From the NCBI GenBank assembly GCA_964346175.1, contig CAYFTG010000003.1, positions 1 to 64,000 of the forward strand: a stretch of DNA of 64,000 nt. Reading direction: 5' to 3'. The stretch's first letter is position 1. Each line of letters starts with the position of its first letter. Made by a program: the position numbers and the translations under genes. The notes under the pieces are model-generated. The model saw nothing but the letters and a program-made list of their open reading frames with translations. It made no database searches and was not told the DNA's origin. Positions 19,099-27,507 of the stretch are shown piece after piece. This DNA comes from an uncultured Mageeibacillus sp. (GTDB lineage: Bacteria; Bacillota; Clostridia; Saccharofermentanales; DTU023).

Positions 19099-19896
19099 TT
19101 ATTGGCCGCTGACGTCTGTAAGGTAAGCTTCAACAATGATTCGTTCGGGCGATTGACCTATAGGAGAATTGAGGGGATGACAGGTTACCAACAGTATTCT
19201 CTGCTCGCTTGTGTTTTCACGAAATACCACGCTCGCTAAATCAGCTACAGGAATTATTGTGTGCTTGTCTACCGTATAGGTATATCTTGTTCCTTGATAA
19301 TCAATAAGTACTTGGGAGCCGACGCCGACTTGGTTTAATCGATTAAAATAACGACCGTCTGATGTCATGCGATGTCCAAAATATACCCCGGTTCCAATCT
19401 CGTGTGGTAAGGCAGAGCTGGGGAAGTGACCGATTGCTACACGCAGAGAATAGGTATCGGTGTTGTTAGCCACCGGCATTACCAGATTTATACTTGGGAT
19501 TCTTAAGGCACCCATACCATAAACTGTAACCATAGGAGCTTCATTGTTTCCATTCTCTGCTCCGTTACCTGACGTGCCGTTTTCGACGCCATCCGGTCCT
19601 ATCGTGAAAAATGTTTCTTCTTGGCCTTCTTCACCACTAACGATTAACTGATCGGCGCGGAAAGTAATGGTTGGCGTGAGAGAATCTTCCTCCACTAGAT
19701 CCAAAAGCTCTTTAGCGGCAGCATCCTGTTTCTTGTGTTGGATTTTCGGTTCTACCAAAAAATAGATGCCGAAGGCGAGCAAAGTAATTCCAAGGAGAAG
19801 TAAAAGCAGGGAGATAAGGTCGAAACCCTTCTTTTTATCTTTATTAGTATCTATATCATTATTAGAAAGATCACTTCTATCATCATAATCGTTCAT
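19099..19896 (-). CDS. Sortase family transpeptidase with an N-terminal membrane anchor.
   Basis: N-terminal TM segment. The catalytic Cys motif is LLVTCHP, and a conserved His and Arg are present (YFGHR...; ...TRYTYTV). Confidence 0.8.
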   Translation of the reverse strand: MNDYDDRSDLSNNDIDTNKDKKKGFDLISLLLLLLGITLLAFGIYFLVEPKIQHKKQDAAAKELLDLVEEDSLTPTITFRADQLIVSGEEGQEETFFTIGPDGVENGTSGNGAENGNNEAPMVTVYGMGALRIPSINLVMPVANNTDTYSLRVAIGHFPSSALPHEIGTGVYFGHRMTSDGRYFNRLNQVGVGSQVLIDYQGTRYTYTVDKHTIIPVADLASVVFRENTSEQRILLVTCHPLNSPIGQSPERIIVEAYLTDVSGQ

Positions 19897-20028
19897 GGTG
19901 AAAACCTCATAAGCTTCTATTTACAGACTCTTTCTTGCTTTCTAACATCATAACAGTTTCGCTTTTATTTTTTACAAAATATGTTACAATAAGCCACAGC
20001 AGATCTAGGATTAAGAAAGAGGCTTTGC

Positions 20029-21240
20029 ATGAAAGCAAGAAAAATACTAGATCGAGTTTTGTTGCTTGTAGCTGCACTTCTTGTGTTAAGTTTAGCGGCA
20101 ATCCTGGTCGTCAGATCCATGGCTGATAAGGAGAATGAATCTTCTGTCATTTTCGTGGCCCTTGACGAAACAGCGACAGGCGAAAGAAAGTCTGAACTCG
20201 AAGTTGCCAACGAGCCTGAAGAGGCCTTGCTTGAAGTAGACCATTTAGGTCGCGATCAAGCTGATCTTATTGATTTATATCCACCACCCACAGTAGAACC
20301 GTTGCCTGAATCCGTTGAGATAGAGGATGCTACAGTTGAGCCTCTTAATGACAGTCAAGCCCAAACGGAAGCCCAAGTTACAAATAGCCTGCAACTTAGT
20401 GACTATGAAATTTTCCTCAATCCGCCTTCTGGCTCACATGAAGTTGATTTAACATTATTTGTATCTTCTGTAGGAGGAGTTAATTTACGTAGTGAAGCTT
20501 CTACTACTTCGGAGATTAAGCAGGTAATTGCCTACGGCAATTCTGTGCACGTTATCGGGATTGTAGCTGAATGGGCGGAAGTTAAACTAAGTGGAGGAGA
20601 GCGAGGGTTTTTAGCTAGAGAATATCTACAGGAAATTAAACCTCCCGTTTTGGAAAGTACTAAGAGCACAAGTACTGTCGCTACGACAGAAGTAAGCAAG
20701 CCAGTTCAAACGACGAGAGCGACTGCCTCTGCAGCTTCCACAACTACGGCTCCGGTTACTACAACAGCTCCGGCGACAACAACAGCCCCAATTACAACAA
20801 CACCTGCACCAACTCACGGTCCCGGTACTTCTCCTGATTTCTTGTTCTCAATCTCAAATCCCAATCCTAATTATCAAGGAAGAGTGGTAGAGGTTGAAGA
20901 TCGTGAGGTTCTGGAAGGTCTCGTTATGGGTGAGTTTGGCGGCGATTATAAAGGTGCTGTCTTGGTCGCTCAAGCTATTCGCGACAGCATGATTCACGAC
21001 GGGATCTATAATACGGCTCGCATTGCCCAACGATGGGGTTACAGTGCGAAGGTTCGCCCTAATATATCTAACGCTACTAAGAGAGCAGTTGCGTATGTCT
21101 TTGACGAAGGTGGCAGTGCTGTCCAGCATCCGATCTATTACTTTTATGCTTCTAGTCGAACCTATTCGCCTTGGCATGAATCACAGAAATTCATAATCGA
21201 GTACGGCGGTTGCCGCTTCTTCTCTAAACATAGTAGTTAG
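20029..21240 (+). CDS. Secreted/membrane-anchored cell-wall hydrolase: an SH3b domain, a Thr/Pro-rich linker, and a SleB/CwlJ-type hydrolase domain.
   Basis: N-terminal TM/signal segment. An SH3b-like segment (GGVNLRSEASTTSEIKQV...AEWAEVKL) is followed by a TTAPVTTTAPATTTAPITTTPAP linker. The C-terminal Hydrolase_2 signature includes GLVMGEFGG...AQAIRDS. Confidence 0.72.
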   Translation: MKARKILDRVLLLVAALLVLSLAAILVVRSMADKENESSVIFVALDETATGERKSELEVANEPEEALLEVDHLGRDQADLIDLYPPPTVEPLPESVEIEDATVEPLNDSQAQTEAQVTNSLQLSDYEIFLNPPSGSHEVDLTLFVSSVGGVNLRSEASTTSEIKQVIAYGNSVHVIGIVAEWAEVKLSGGERGFLAREYLQEIKPPVLESTKSTSTVATTEVSKPVQTTRATASAASTTTAPVTTTAPATTTAPITTTPAPTHGPGTSPDFLFSISNPNPNYQGRVVEVEDREVLEGLVMGEFGGDYKGAVLVAQAIRDSMIHDGIYNTARIAQRWGYSAKVRPNISNATKRAVAYVFDEGGSAVQHPIYYFYASSRTYSPWHESQKFIIEYGGCRFFSKHSS

Positions 21241-21265
21241 AAAATAGCATGGAATCCGATTCGGG

Positions 21266-22156
21266 ATGAATGAAGCAGCTAATGCTAGTAATAATATTAA
21301 GAATGAATTGCTGTCGTTATTGCGACAGCAATCTTTTTCTCCGCGTCGCTCTCTTGGGCAAAACTTTCTAATTGATAGAGCTGTTTTTGATCGCATAATT
21401 GAGCAATTGAATCCAGGGAAGCGAGATGCATTGGTCGAAATCGGCATGGGCCCGGGATTGTTAAGTAGAGAATTGGCAGAAAGAGCGGGTTTCTATTTAG
21501 GTTGCGAAATAGATCAGCGCTTCGCTGCGATGCATGCAGAAATATTTTCTGATTTAGATCTTAACGCTCGATTATTATACGAAGATGCGCTGCAAATAGA
21601 TTTTGAGCCCTATTGTGAGCAGTTTGCAGAGTATGAGCGGCTTTTGATTTTTAGTAATTTGCCCTATTACATCACAACCGATTTGATTCTAAAAATGGTT
21701 TGCAGTTTTCCCCGAGCAGAGCAAATGCTATTTATGCTTGAAAAGGCGGCACTTCAGAGAGTTTTGGCACAGCCTGCGTCAAAGCCGTATGGCCCTTTAG
21801 CGATTATTACTTCTCTCTGGGGTAAGTGGGAAGAGATCATGACTGTGCCCGCACAGAGCTTCGAGCCTGCCCCACACACGACCTCTAGTCTGTATGCACT
21901 GATCTCCAAGCCTGAGTCTATATATACAGATACCGCTGCTTCTTCTGATTTCCAGAAATTTACTAAGGATGTGCTCGGAAACAGGCGTAAAACACTGGCA
22001 AACGCTCTCATGTATACTAAAATACAAGGAGAGCAGAATTCACTTTGTTTAAGTGAATTCCTTAATGAAGAGAAATTAGCAGCAAATGTCCGGGCAGAAT
22101 CGTTAACAGCCAAGCAATTTGTTAGACTGTATTCAAGACTTATTAGTGCAAATTAA
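21266..22156 (+). CDS. rsmA: rRNA adenine N6-dimethyltransferase family protein (RsmA/KsgA-like).
   Basis: SLGQNFLID, the VEIGMGPGLL SAM-binding motif, and the NLPY catalytic motif. 296 aa. KsgA is not clearly distinguished from an Erm-type paralog. Confidence 0.65.
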   Translation: MNEAANASNNIKNELLSLLRQQSFSPRRSLGQNFLIDRAVFDRIIEQLNPGKRDALVEIGMGPGLLSRELAERAGFYLGCEIDQRFAAMHAEIFSDLDLNARLLYEDALQIDFEPYCEQFAEYERLLIFSNLPYYITTDLILKMVCSFPRAEQMLFMLEKAALQRVLAQPASKPYGPLAIITSLWGKWEEIMTVPAQSFEPAPHTTSSLYALISKPESIYTDTAASSDFQKFTKDVLGNRRKTLANALMYTKIQGEQNSLCLSEFLNEEKLAANVRAESLTAKQFVRLYSRLISAN

Positions 22157-22198
22157 GAAAACATAAGATCAAGTGTTTGTCACAGGAGGTGCATGTAA

Positions 22199-22753
22199 GT
22201 GAAGTCACCACGTAAGCGTATTAAAGTTCGTATCGGGAAAATGACATACTCTTTATCTGCCGACGACGATGTCGAGCAGATGCGCGACATTGCCGCAACT
22301 GCCGATGCCATGATCGAACAGGTCAGCAAACAGTCTCCCGGATTAAATGAAACCTCAGCTTCTGTACTCGCATTAGTCAATGCGGTCAGCATGATGCAGG
22401 ACGCTTATGAAAGAACAAGACTTGCTTACGCTGAACGTGATACGGCGCTGGAAGCTAAGGATGAACTCAAGGCAGAATTGTCGCGCTTGCGTGAGCAATT
22501 CTGGTCAATGAAGAAGGATTTATTATATTATCGCAACCTCTGTGATGTCTATGAAACTAAGCTCGCTGAACTGGCTTCAACAATTGATACTGATTTTGCT
22601 GAAGACGGTCGAACAGGCAAAGGTAGAAGCCGCAGAAAACGAAGTAAGCCCCTAGAAGAACTACAGACAACAATCGATGATGTCACTAAGCTGACGGATG
22701 ATACTGACAGACAAGAGCAAGAAGCAGAAAACGAGACCAAAGAGGAAAACTAA
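22199..22753 (+). CDS. zapA: Cell-division protein ZapA-like, with a C-terminal coiled coil.
   Basis: The N-terminal KVRIGKMTYSLSADDDVEQMRDIAATADAMIEQ fits the ZapA fold pattern. An acidic coiled-coil tail follows. GTG start. Confidence 0.6.
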   Translation: MKSPRKRIKVRIGKMTYSLSADDDVEQMRDIAATADAMIEQVSKQSPGLNETSASVLALVNAVSMMQDAYERTRLAYAERDTALEAKDELKAELSRLREQFWSMKKDLLYYRNLCDVYETKLAELASTIDTDFAEDGRTGKGRSRRKRSKPLEELQTTIDDVTKLTDDTDRQEQEAENETKEEN

Positions 22754-22774
22754 CACCACAGGAGAGGGAAGAGG

Positions 22775-23386
22775 ATGAAAGAAAAAATCACCGTTTATAT
22801 TGAAGGCGCTGAGGAAGTGATACCTGATGCAGCTTCTTCCGGTTCCGCAGGTTTCGATTTAAGATCCCGCCTCACTTTGGTGATTGAACCCGGCGAAACT
22901 GTTCTCGTGCCAAGTGGCATTCGCCTCGCACTGCCCGACGGCGTCGAGGCTCAGGTGCGACCACGTAGCGGTCTTTCTTTGCGTACTTCTTTGCGCATTC
23001 CCAATTCACCGGGAACAATAGATTCTGATTTCCGCGATGAAGTTTGCATCATCGCCGAAAATACAAATCCGCTTTTCTTTGATGGTTCTATCCTCTTAAG
23101 AGAACCCGGACTTGCTAAGAAATTACACCAGGAATGCACTCCCGTGCAATTCAGTGATTATTTTCGGAGAAAAACGGGCGAGTATCTTCCTTTTGGCGTG
23201 TCGGATCATACTTTGTATCTGGATCAAAACTGTCATCCTCTTGGCAGCATTTATATTGAAGCCGGTGAGAGGATAGCTCAGATAGTATTTCTTGAGGTTT
23301 TGCATCCTGAGTTTAAGAGGGTGGAGAGCGTAGCTGAGATCGGAGAGGACCGCGGCGGCGGTTTCGGCTCCAGCGGCAGTTTCTAA
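22775..23386 (+). CDS. dut: dUTP diphosphatase (trimeric Dut) with an extra insertion of about 50 aa between motifs III and IV.
   Basis: Motif I SAGFDL, II RPRSGLSLR, III GTIDSDFRDEV, IV GERIAQIVF, V RGGGFGSSG. It is 203 aa, compared with about 150 aa for a typical Dut. Confidence 0.85.
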   Translation: MKEKITVYIEGAEEVIPDAASSGSAGFDLRSRLTLVIEPGETVLVPSGIRLALPDGVEAQVRPRSGLSLRTSLRIPNSPGTIDSDFRDEVCIIAENTNPLFFDGSILLREPGLAKKLHQECTPVQFSDYFRRKTGEYLPFGVSDHTLYLDQNCHPLGSIYIEAGERIAQIVFLEVLHPEFKRVESVAEIGEDRGGGFGSSGSF

Positions 23387-24430
23387 TTAATACCAGTCGT
23401 TGATGAAATCTCGTACAGCTTTGCTGTAATTGTTGCTGTCGCTTGTAAAAGCTGTGAGATGGCCGGAGCCTTTGGCCTTGAAACTGTGAGTCAACGTCGG
23501 ATGGATGCGTTCACGCTCTACCCACAGAGGTAGGTAGGCACCTTCTGCTAAAAGGCTATCGTGCTCGTGTCCCAGCAATAAAACCGGAATTGTCAGTTGA
23601 GATAAGTACTGTAGATAGTCCTGTTTTTCTTTATTACCCGCAGAAAGTCTAATTGCCAGTGGTACAGTACGGGGGAAGAAATAGCGACCGAGACTGTCTT
23701 CCAGAGCCATCTCCGCGGCGATAAAGTCGTCGCTGGATCTGGCAGGGGTATCTAGAATCAAGCCGGATATGCGCAAGGGGTGGGGCAGCCCTAATTCGAT
23801 GGCATCATCCACTTTGTTTTCATCAGCATAGACCTCGTCCAGATACAACATGGCTCTAAAAACAGCTGTTGTGCCGCTGCCAAGACCATAAAGTATGATG
23901 GGGTGCTGAGGGGCAAGGGATTCTACATAAGCCAGAGCAGCAAGAACATCATCCGCTTCTACGTAACCGAAGGAGGACATGCTACCGTCGGACTCGCCAT
24001 TGCTGCGCAGATCAAAAGTCAGAACATTGCAGCCCACTTCAGTCAGCTGATCAATAAGTTCAACGCTATCGAGTCCAAAGGGCAAGCGATTCATACCTTG
24101 GCTATGTACAAGCAACACAGTGGCGCGCGTTTCCTCTATCTGTGATCTAAGCCACCAACCGCGCAGTGTTAATTGACCATCTAAAGTCTGGAAAGAAACA
24201 TTAGAATAGTCAGGCAAGAGGTTGGCTGCGAAAGGGGAGAGTTCACTTCCTTCTTCCTCCATGATGCTACTAGCCTTTACAAAAGATGAAATCACAATTG
24301 CTGCAATAGAAAAAGCAAGAACGCAGGCCAGCGCGATCAGAATTATCCAAACTCTGCGCATTTTGCTCTTTTTATCTCGTTTATTATCTGAAATGTAGAT
24401 CTCTGCCATAAGTAATTCCTTGCTGTGCAT
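23387..24430 (-). CDS. Membrane-anchored alpha/beta-hydrolase fold protein.
   Basis: N-terminal TM segment. A hydrolase-like core follows (TVLLVHSQG...LYGLGSGTT...LLGHEHD). Confidence 0.5.
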   Translation of the reverse strand: MHSKELLMAEIYISDNKRDKKSKMRRVWIILIALACVLAFSIAAIVISSFVKASSIMEEEGSELSPFAANLLPDYSNVSFQTLDGQLTLRGWWLRSQIEETRATVLLVHSQGMNRLPFGLDSVELIDQLTEVGCNVLTFDLRSNGESDGSMSSFGYVEADDVLAALAYVESLAPQHPIILYGLGSGTTAVFRAMLYLDEVYADENKVDDAIELGLPHPLRISGLILDTPARSSDDFIAAEMALEDSLGRYFFPRTVPLAIRLSAGNKEKQDYLQYLSQLTIPVLLLGHEHDSLLAEGAYLPLWVERERIHPTLTHSFKAKGSGHLTAFTSDSNNYSKAVRDFINDWY

Positions 24431-24477
24431 TAGTGTAGCAGATTGATGCTGCCAACGATACAGAATCTGCTAAACTA

Positions 24478-25539
24478 ATGCTCATGGATAAAGAAAAAAA
24501 TTACATTTTAGGAATAGAAACTTCTTGTGATGAAACGGCTGCTTCTGTAGTTGACTCCGGCCGCGTGCTTTTAAGTAGCAAGATAGCCTCGCAAATTGAT
24601 GTGCACAAGCTTTATGGGGGTGTCGTGCCTGAAATAGCTTCGCGTGAACATCTCAAAACAATTGTGCCTGTAGTTGATCAGGCTCTAAAGGATGCGGACA
24701 TCACTGCCGCTGAATTGAAGGCTATTGCAGTGACAGTAGGACCCGGACTTGTCGGTGCTTTACTAGTTGGAGTGTCCTTTGCCAAATCTTATGCAGCTGC
24801 TATCAACAAACCTTTAATCCCGGTTCACCATATTGAAGGACATATCGCATCTGTCTACCTATCGGACAGGGAAGTAGAACCACCCTTTCTGTGCCTAGTG
24901 GTCTCCGGAGGTCATTCGCATTTACTTGCCGTTGACGATTACACGAAGTTCAGAATCATTGCGAAAACGCGCGACGACGCTCCCGGCGAGGCTTTTGACA
25001 AATTGGCACGTGTCCTCGGTCTGGGATACCCGGGAGGGCCGCTGATCGACAAGGCAGCTCAGAGCGGAGACAGGCATGCGTTTTCGTTGCCACATCCTCG
25101 TGTTGAGAACTCTTTGGACTTTTCTTTCAGCGGATTAAAAACTGCTGCTATTCAGCAGCTGGATCGTTTCAAGCGAGAAGCTGATAAGAAAGGGCTGCCC
25201 TGGACGGATTTGTGTTCGCTGGAAGATTTCGCAGCAACCTTCCAAGAAGCTGTGGTGACAACCCTATTGGGTCGTCTAGAAGAAGCGTTGGATACAAACC
25301 CTTATACGACAATAGCCATTGCGGGAGGCGTCTCTGCCAATTCGAGATTAAGAGAAAAGGCTCAAGAACTGAGTTTTGAGAAGAGTCTGAAGCTGGTCGT
25401 GCCTGAGATGTCTTTATGCACAGATAACGCGGCTATGGTTGCTTCTGCAGGATTTTATGCTTGGCAGAGTGGGAGACGAGCTGGAGCTGAGCAGGATGCA
25501 AGCTCCGTCTTGGACTTAGAGCTCTTTACTCAAACTTAA
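24478..25539 (+). CDS. tsaD: tRNA N6-adenosine threonylcarbamoyltransferase.
   Basis: ILGIETSCDETAASVV and the Kae1/TsaD metal-binding motifs. Confidence 0.9.
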   Translation: MLMDKEKNYILGIETSCDETAASVVDSGRVLLSSKIASQIDVHKLYGGVVPEIASREHLKTIVPVVDQALKDADITAAELKAIAVTVGPGLVGALLVGVSFAKSYAAAINKPLIPVHHIEGHIASVYLSDREVEPPFLCLVVSGGHSHLLAVDDYTKFRIIAKTRDDAPGEAFDKLARVLGLGYPGGPLIDKAAQSGDRHAFSLPHPRVENSLDFSFSGLKTAAIQQLDRFKREADKKGLPWTDLCSLEDFAATFQEAVVTTLLGRLEEALDTNPYTTIAIAGGVSANSRLREKAQELSFEKSLKLVVPEMSLCTDNAAMVASAGFYAWQSGRRAGAEQDASSVLDLELFTQT

Positions 25540-25570
25540 GTTGCTGCTATAATCCAAAACCTGATTCGAG

Positions 25571-26041
25571 ATGAGAAGAATGAAAAATAAGCAAAACAAA
25601 TTAATTACTAATAATCGCAGAGCACGTTATGAATACGATATTTTAGAGACGCTAGAAACGGGAATTGCTCTGAAGGGGACAGAAGTTAAGTCTATCCGTC
25701 AAGGTAGTCTCAGTCTTAGTGAGTCCTACGTTGTAGTGAGGAATGGGGAGCTCTTTTTGGTCGGAGCACATATTGCTCCCTATGAGCAAGCTCACCAGTT
25801 TAATCATGATCCTCTGCGCGACAGGAAACTGCTCGCACACAAGTCACAGATTCGCAAATTGGAAGCCGCTGTTCAGCAAAAGGGCATGACCCTAGTGCCG
25901 ACAAAAGCCTATTTTGTCCGGGGCAAAGTAAAGCTGGAAATAGCAATTGCTCGCGGCAAGAAGCTCTATGATAAACGCCAGACCATACGGGATCGCGAAG
26001 TGGCTCGCGACGTCGAAAAGCGTATGAAACAGGACTATTAA
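25571..26041 (+). CDS. smpB: SsrA-binding protein.
   Basis: NRRARYEYDILETLETGIALKGTEVKS. It lies directly upstream of the tmRNA gene. Confidence 0.95.
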   Translation: MRRMKNKQNKLITNNRRARYEYDILETLETGIALKGTEVKSIRQGSLSLSESYVVVRNGELFLVGAHIAPYEQAHQFNHDPLRDRKLLAHKSQIRKLEAAVQQKGMTLVPTKAYFVRGKVKLEIAIARGKKLYDKRQTIRDREVARDVEKRMKQDY

Positions 26042-26090
26042 TAGCTTCCCTGCACTTAATTGCACTAATTAGAAGAGGGGCCTTTTACTG

Positions 26091-26807
26091 ATGACAGAAA
26101 GCAGCACACTAGACACAATTCCACAGAAAAAGAAGAGAAGAAAGATTCTGAAGATTGTTTTAGTGGGACTACTCATTCTGCTCCTCGTCACTTTGATCGC
26201 AATTCCACTATTAGTCATGCCGATGTTCTTGGGCCAACGCTATGAACAGGAACAGTATCAAGCAGCTGATTTTGCAGTCGAAGCTGAGCGAATAACTTTG
26301 ACAAGTGATGACGAGCTGAAACTTGCAGCTTGGCGCACTGTGGCAGAAGAGCCCCAAGGCACGGTAATTATTGCAGCAGGTGAGCTGGAGGAAATTGACG
26401 CAGTAATTTCTCTTTCTGCTTTCTCTTCTTGGACTGACTTATTTGTACATTATATGGGCGAAGCCGGAGTGCCGCGACCGATTGGTTTCTTAGATGCACC
26501 CTTCATACAGGGATATCTTGGTTTTCACTTTGGTTTCTCCGCGCTTAAATATTCACCTTTCAAAGCCATCAGCAAAATCGAAGATAGACCTGTTCTGCTG
26601 ATGCACTCTACTGAGGATAGCCAGGTACCTTATTCTCAGTATGAGAAATTACTATCAGAGGCGCAACAAAGCAATGTCAATGTTAGCTCTTTTGTCCGTC
26701 AGGGAGATTGGCACTTCGTATGTTATGATGACTATCTTTTAGAACCTGCTAAGGATGTAGAATTCAGTAGCACTTTGCTTGATTTTCTTGATGAAAATTT
26801 CTCGTAA
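26091..26807 (+). CDS. Membrane-anchored, truncated and apparently degenerate paralog of the 23387-24430 alpha/beta hydrolase.
   Basis: The architecture is parallel (TM segment, then KLAAW...GTVIIAAG, then a C-terminal PVLLMHSTEDSQVPY). The nucleophile-elbow region is absent. It is 238 aa against 347 aa for the paralog. Confidence 0.4.
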   Translation: MTESSTLDTIPQKKKRRKILKIVLVGLLILLLVTLIAIPLLVMPMFLGQRYEQEQYQAADFAVEAERITLTSDDELKLAAWRTVAEEPQGTVIIAAGELEEIDAVISLSAFSSWTDLFVHYMGEAGVPRPIGFLDAPFIQGYLGFHFGFSALKYSPFKAISKIEDRPVLLMHSTEDSQVPYSQYEKLLSEAQQSNVNVSSFVRQGDWHFVCYDDYLLEPAKDVEFSSTLLDFLDENFS

Positions 26808-26837
26808 AAGAGCAAGAGAGTGATGTAACGCTAGTGT

Positions 26838-26867
26838 CTGGAATTAGCTCGCATGACGTGCTATAAT
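26838..26867 (+). promoter_or_regulatory. Candidate ssrA promoter with an extended -10 (TGcTATAAT) and a weak -35 (TGGAAT).
   Basis: TATAAT lies about 40 nt upstream of the mature tmRNA 5' end and is preceded by TG. This implies a processed leader. Confidence 0.4.
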
Positions 26868-26908
26868 AGCAAACAAGAGTTCGTAATAGAATTTTGAAAA
26901 TTGTATAT

Positions 26909-27285
26909 GGGGACGCACCGGTTTCGACGGGGTTGTCGAAGTTGGGAAAGCGGGTAGAGGATTCTCGTTGGCCTCTTTAAAAAACGGGAAAAACTTTTAA
27001 TTGCCAATAAACAACCGGCATTAGCAGCTGCATAAGCAACTGCCGTTCTCTGCAGAACTCTGTCGCCTGTAGAAGAACGTCATTAGACAGACCTTTCTTT
27101 GTAGGCGGTTAAACGAAGCTCCCATCTGGCGTCTGCTCGAGCGTCAAATGCGTATCTAGAGCTAGCAAGACCTGTTATGATCGTCTATGCTCAGCGGGCT
27201 TGCGAAATTAAAGCATAGGCTGCACCCGGAGAATTTCCAATGGAAGCGATTTCGGACAGGGGTTCGATTCCCCTCGTCTCCACCA
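26909..27285 (+). ncRNA. ssrA: tmRNA (SsrA).
   Basis: The 5' GGGGACG pairs with a 3' tRNA-like end (GGTTCGATTCC T-arm, then ...TCTCCACCA). An internal reading frame, gcc aat aaa caa ccg gca tta gca gct gca TAA, encodes the tag ANKQPALAAA. It lies immediately downstream of smpB. Coordinates are +/-2 nt. Confidence 0.85.
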
Positions 27286-27348
27286 AAACCCGAAGTGTTG
27301 AACTTTTTCTTTTAATGATTAAGTTCGCATTTCTACAAGATTGAGGAT

Positions 27349-27377
27349 TGGACTAGATAGTCCAGTCTTCTTTTTTT
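27349..27377 (+). terminator. Intrinsic terminator after ssrA.
   Basis: Stem TGGACTA/TAGTCCA, followed by GTCTTCTTTTTTT. Confidence 0.5.
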
Positions 27378-27507
27378 GCTTAATTTGCTTTAAGAGCAAT
27401 TTTATTTTCTAGATAAGAAACAGTTAAGCAGAATTAAACATAATCAAAAAGGACTCTCCTTCTTAGCAGCGAATAAGAATGAGAGCCCTGTGTTAAGCAA
27501 TCAATAT

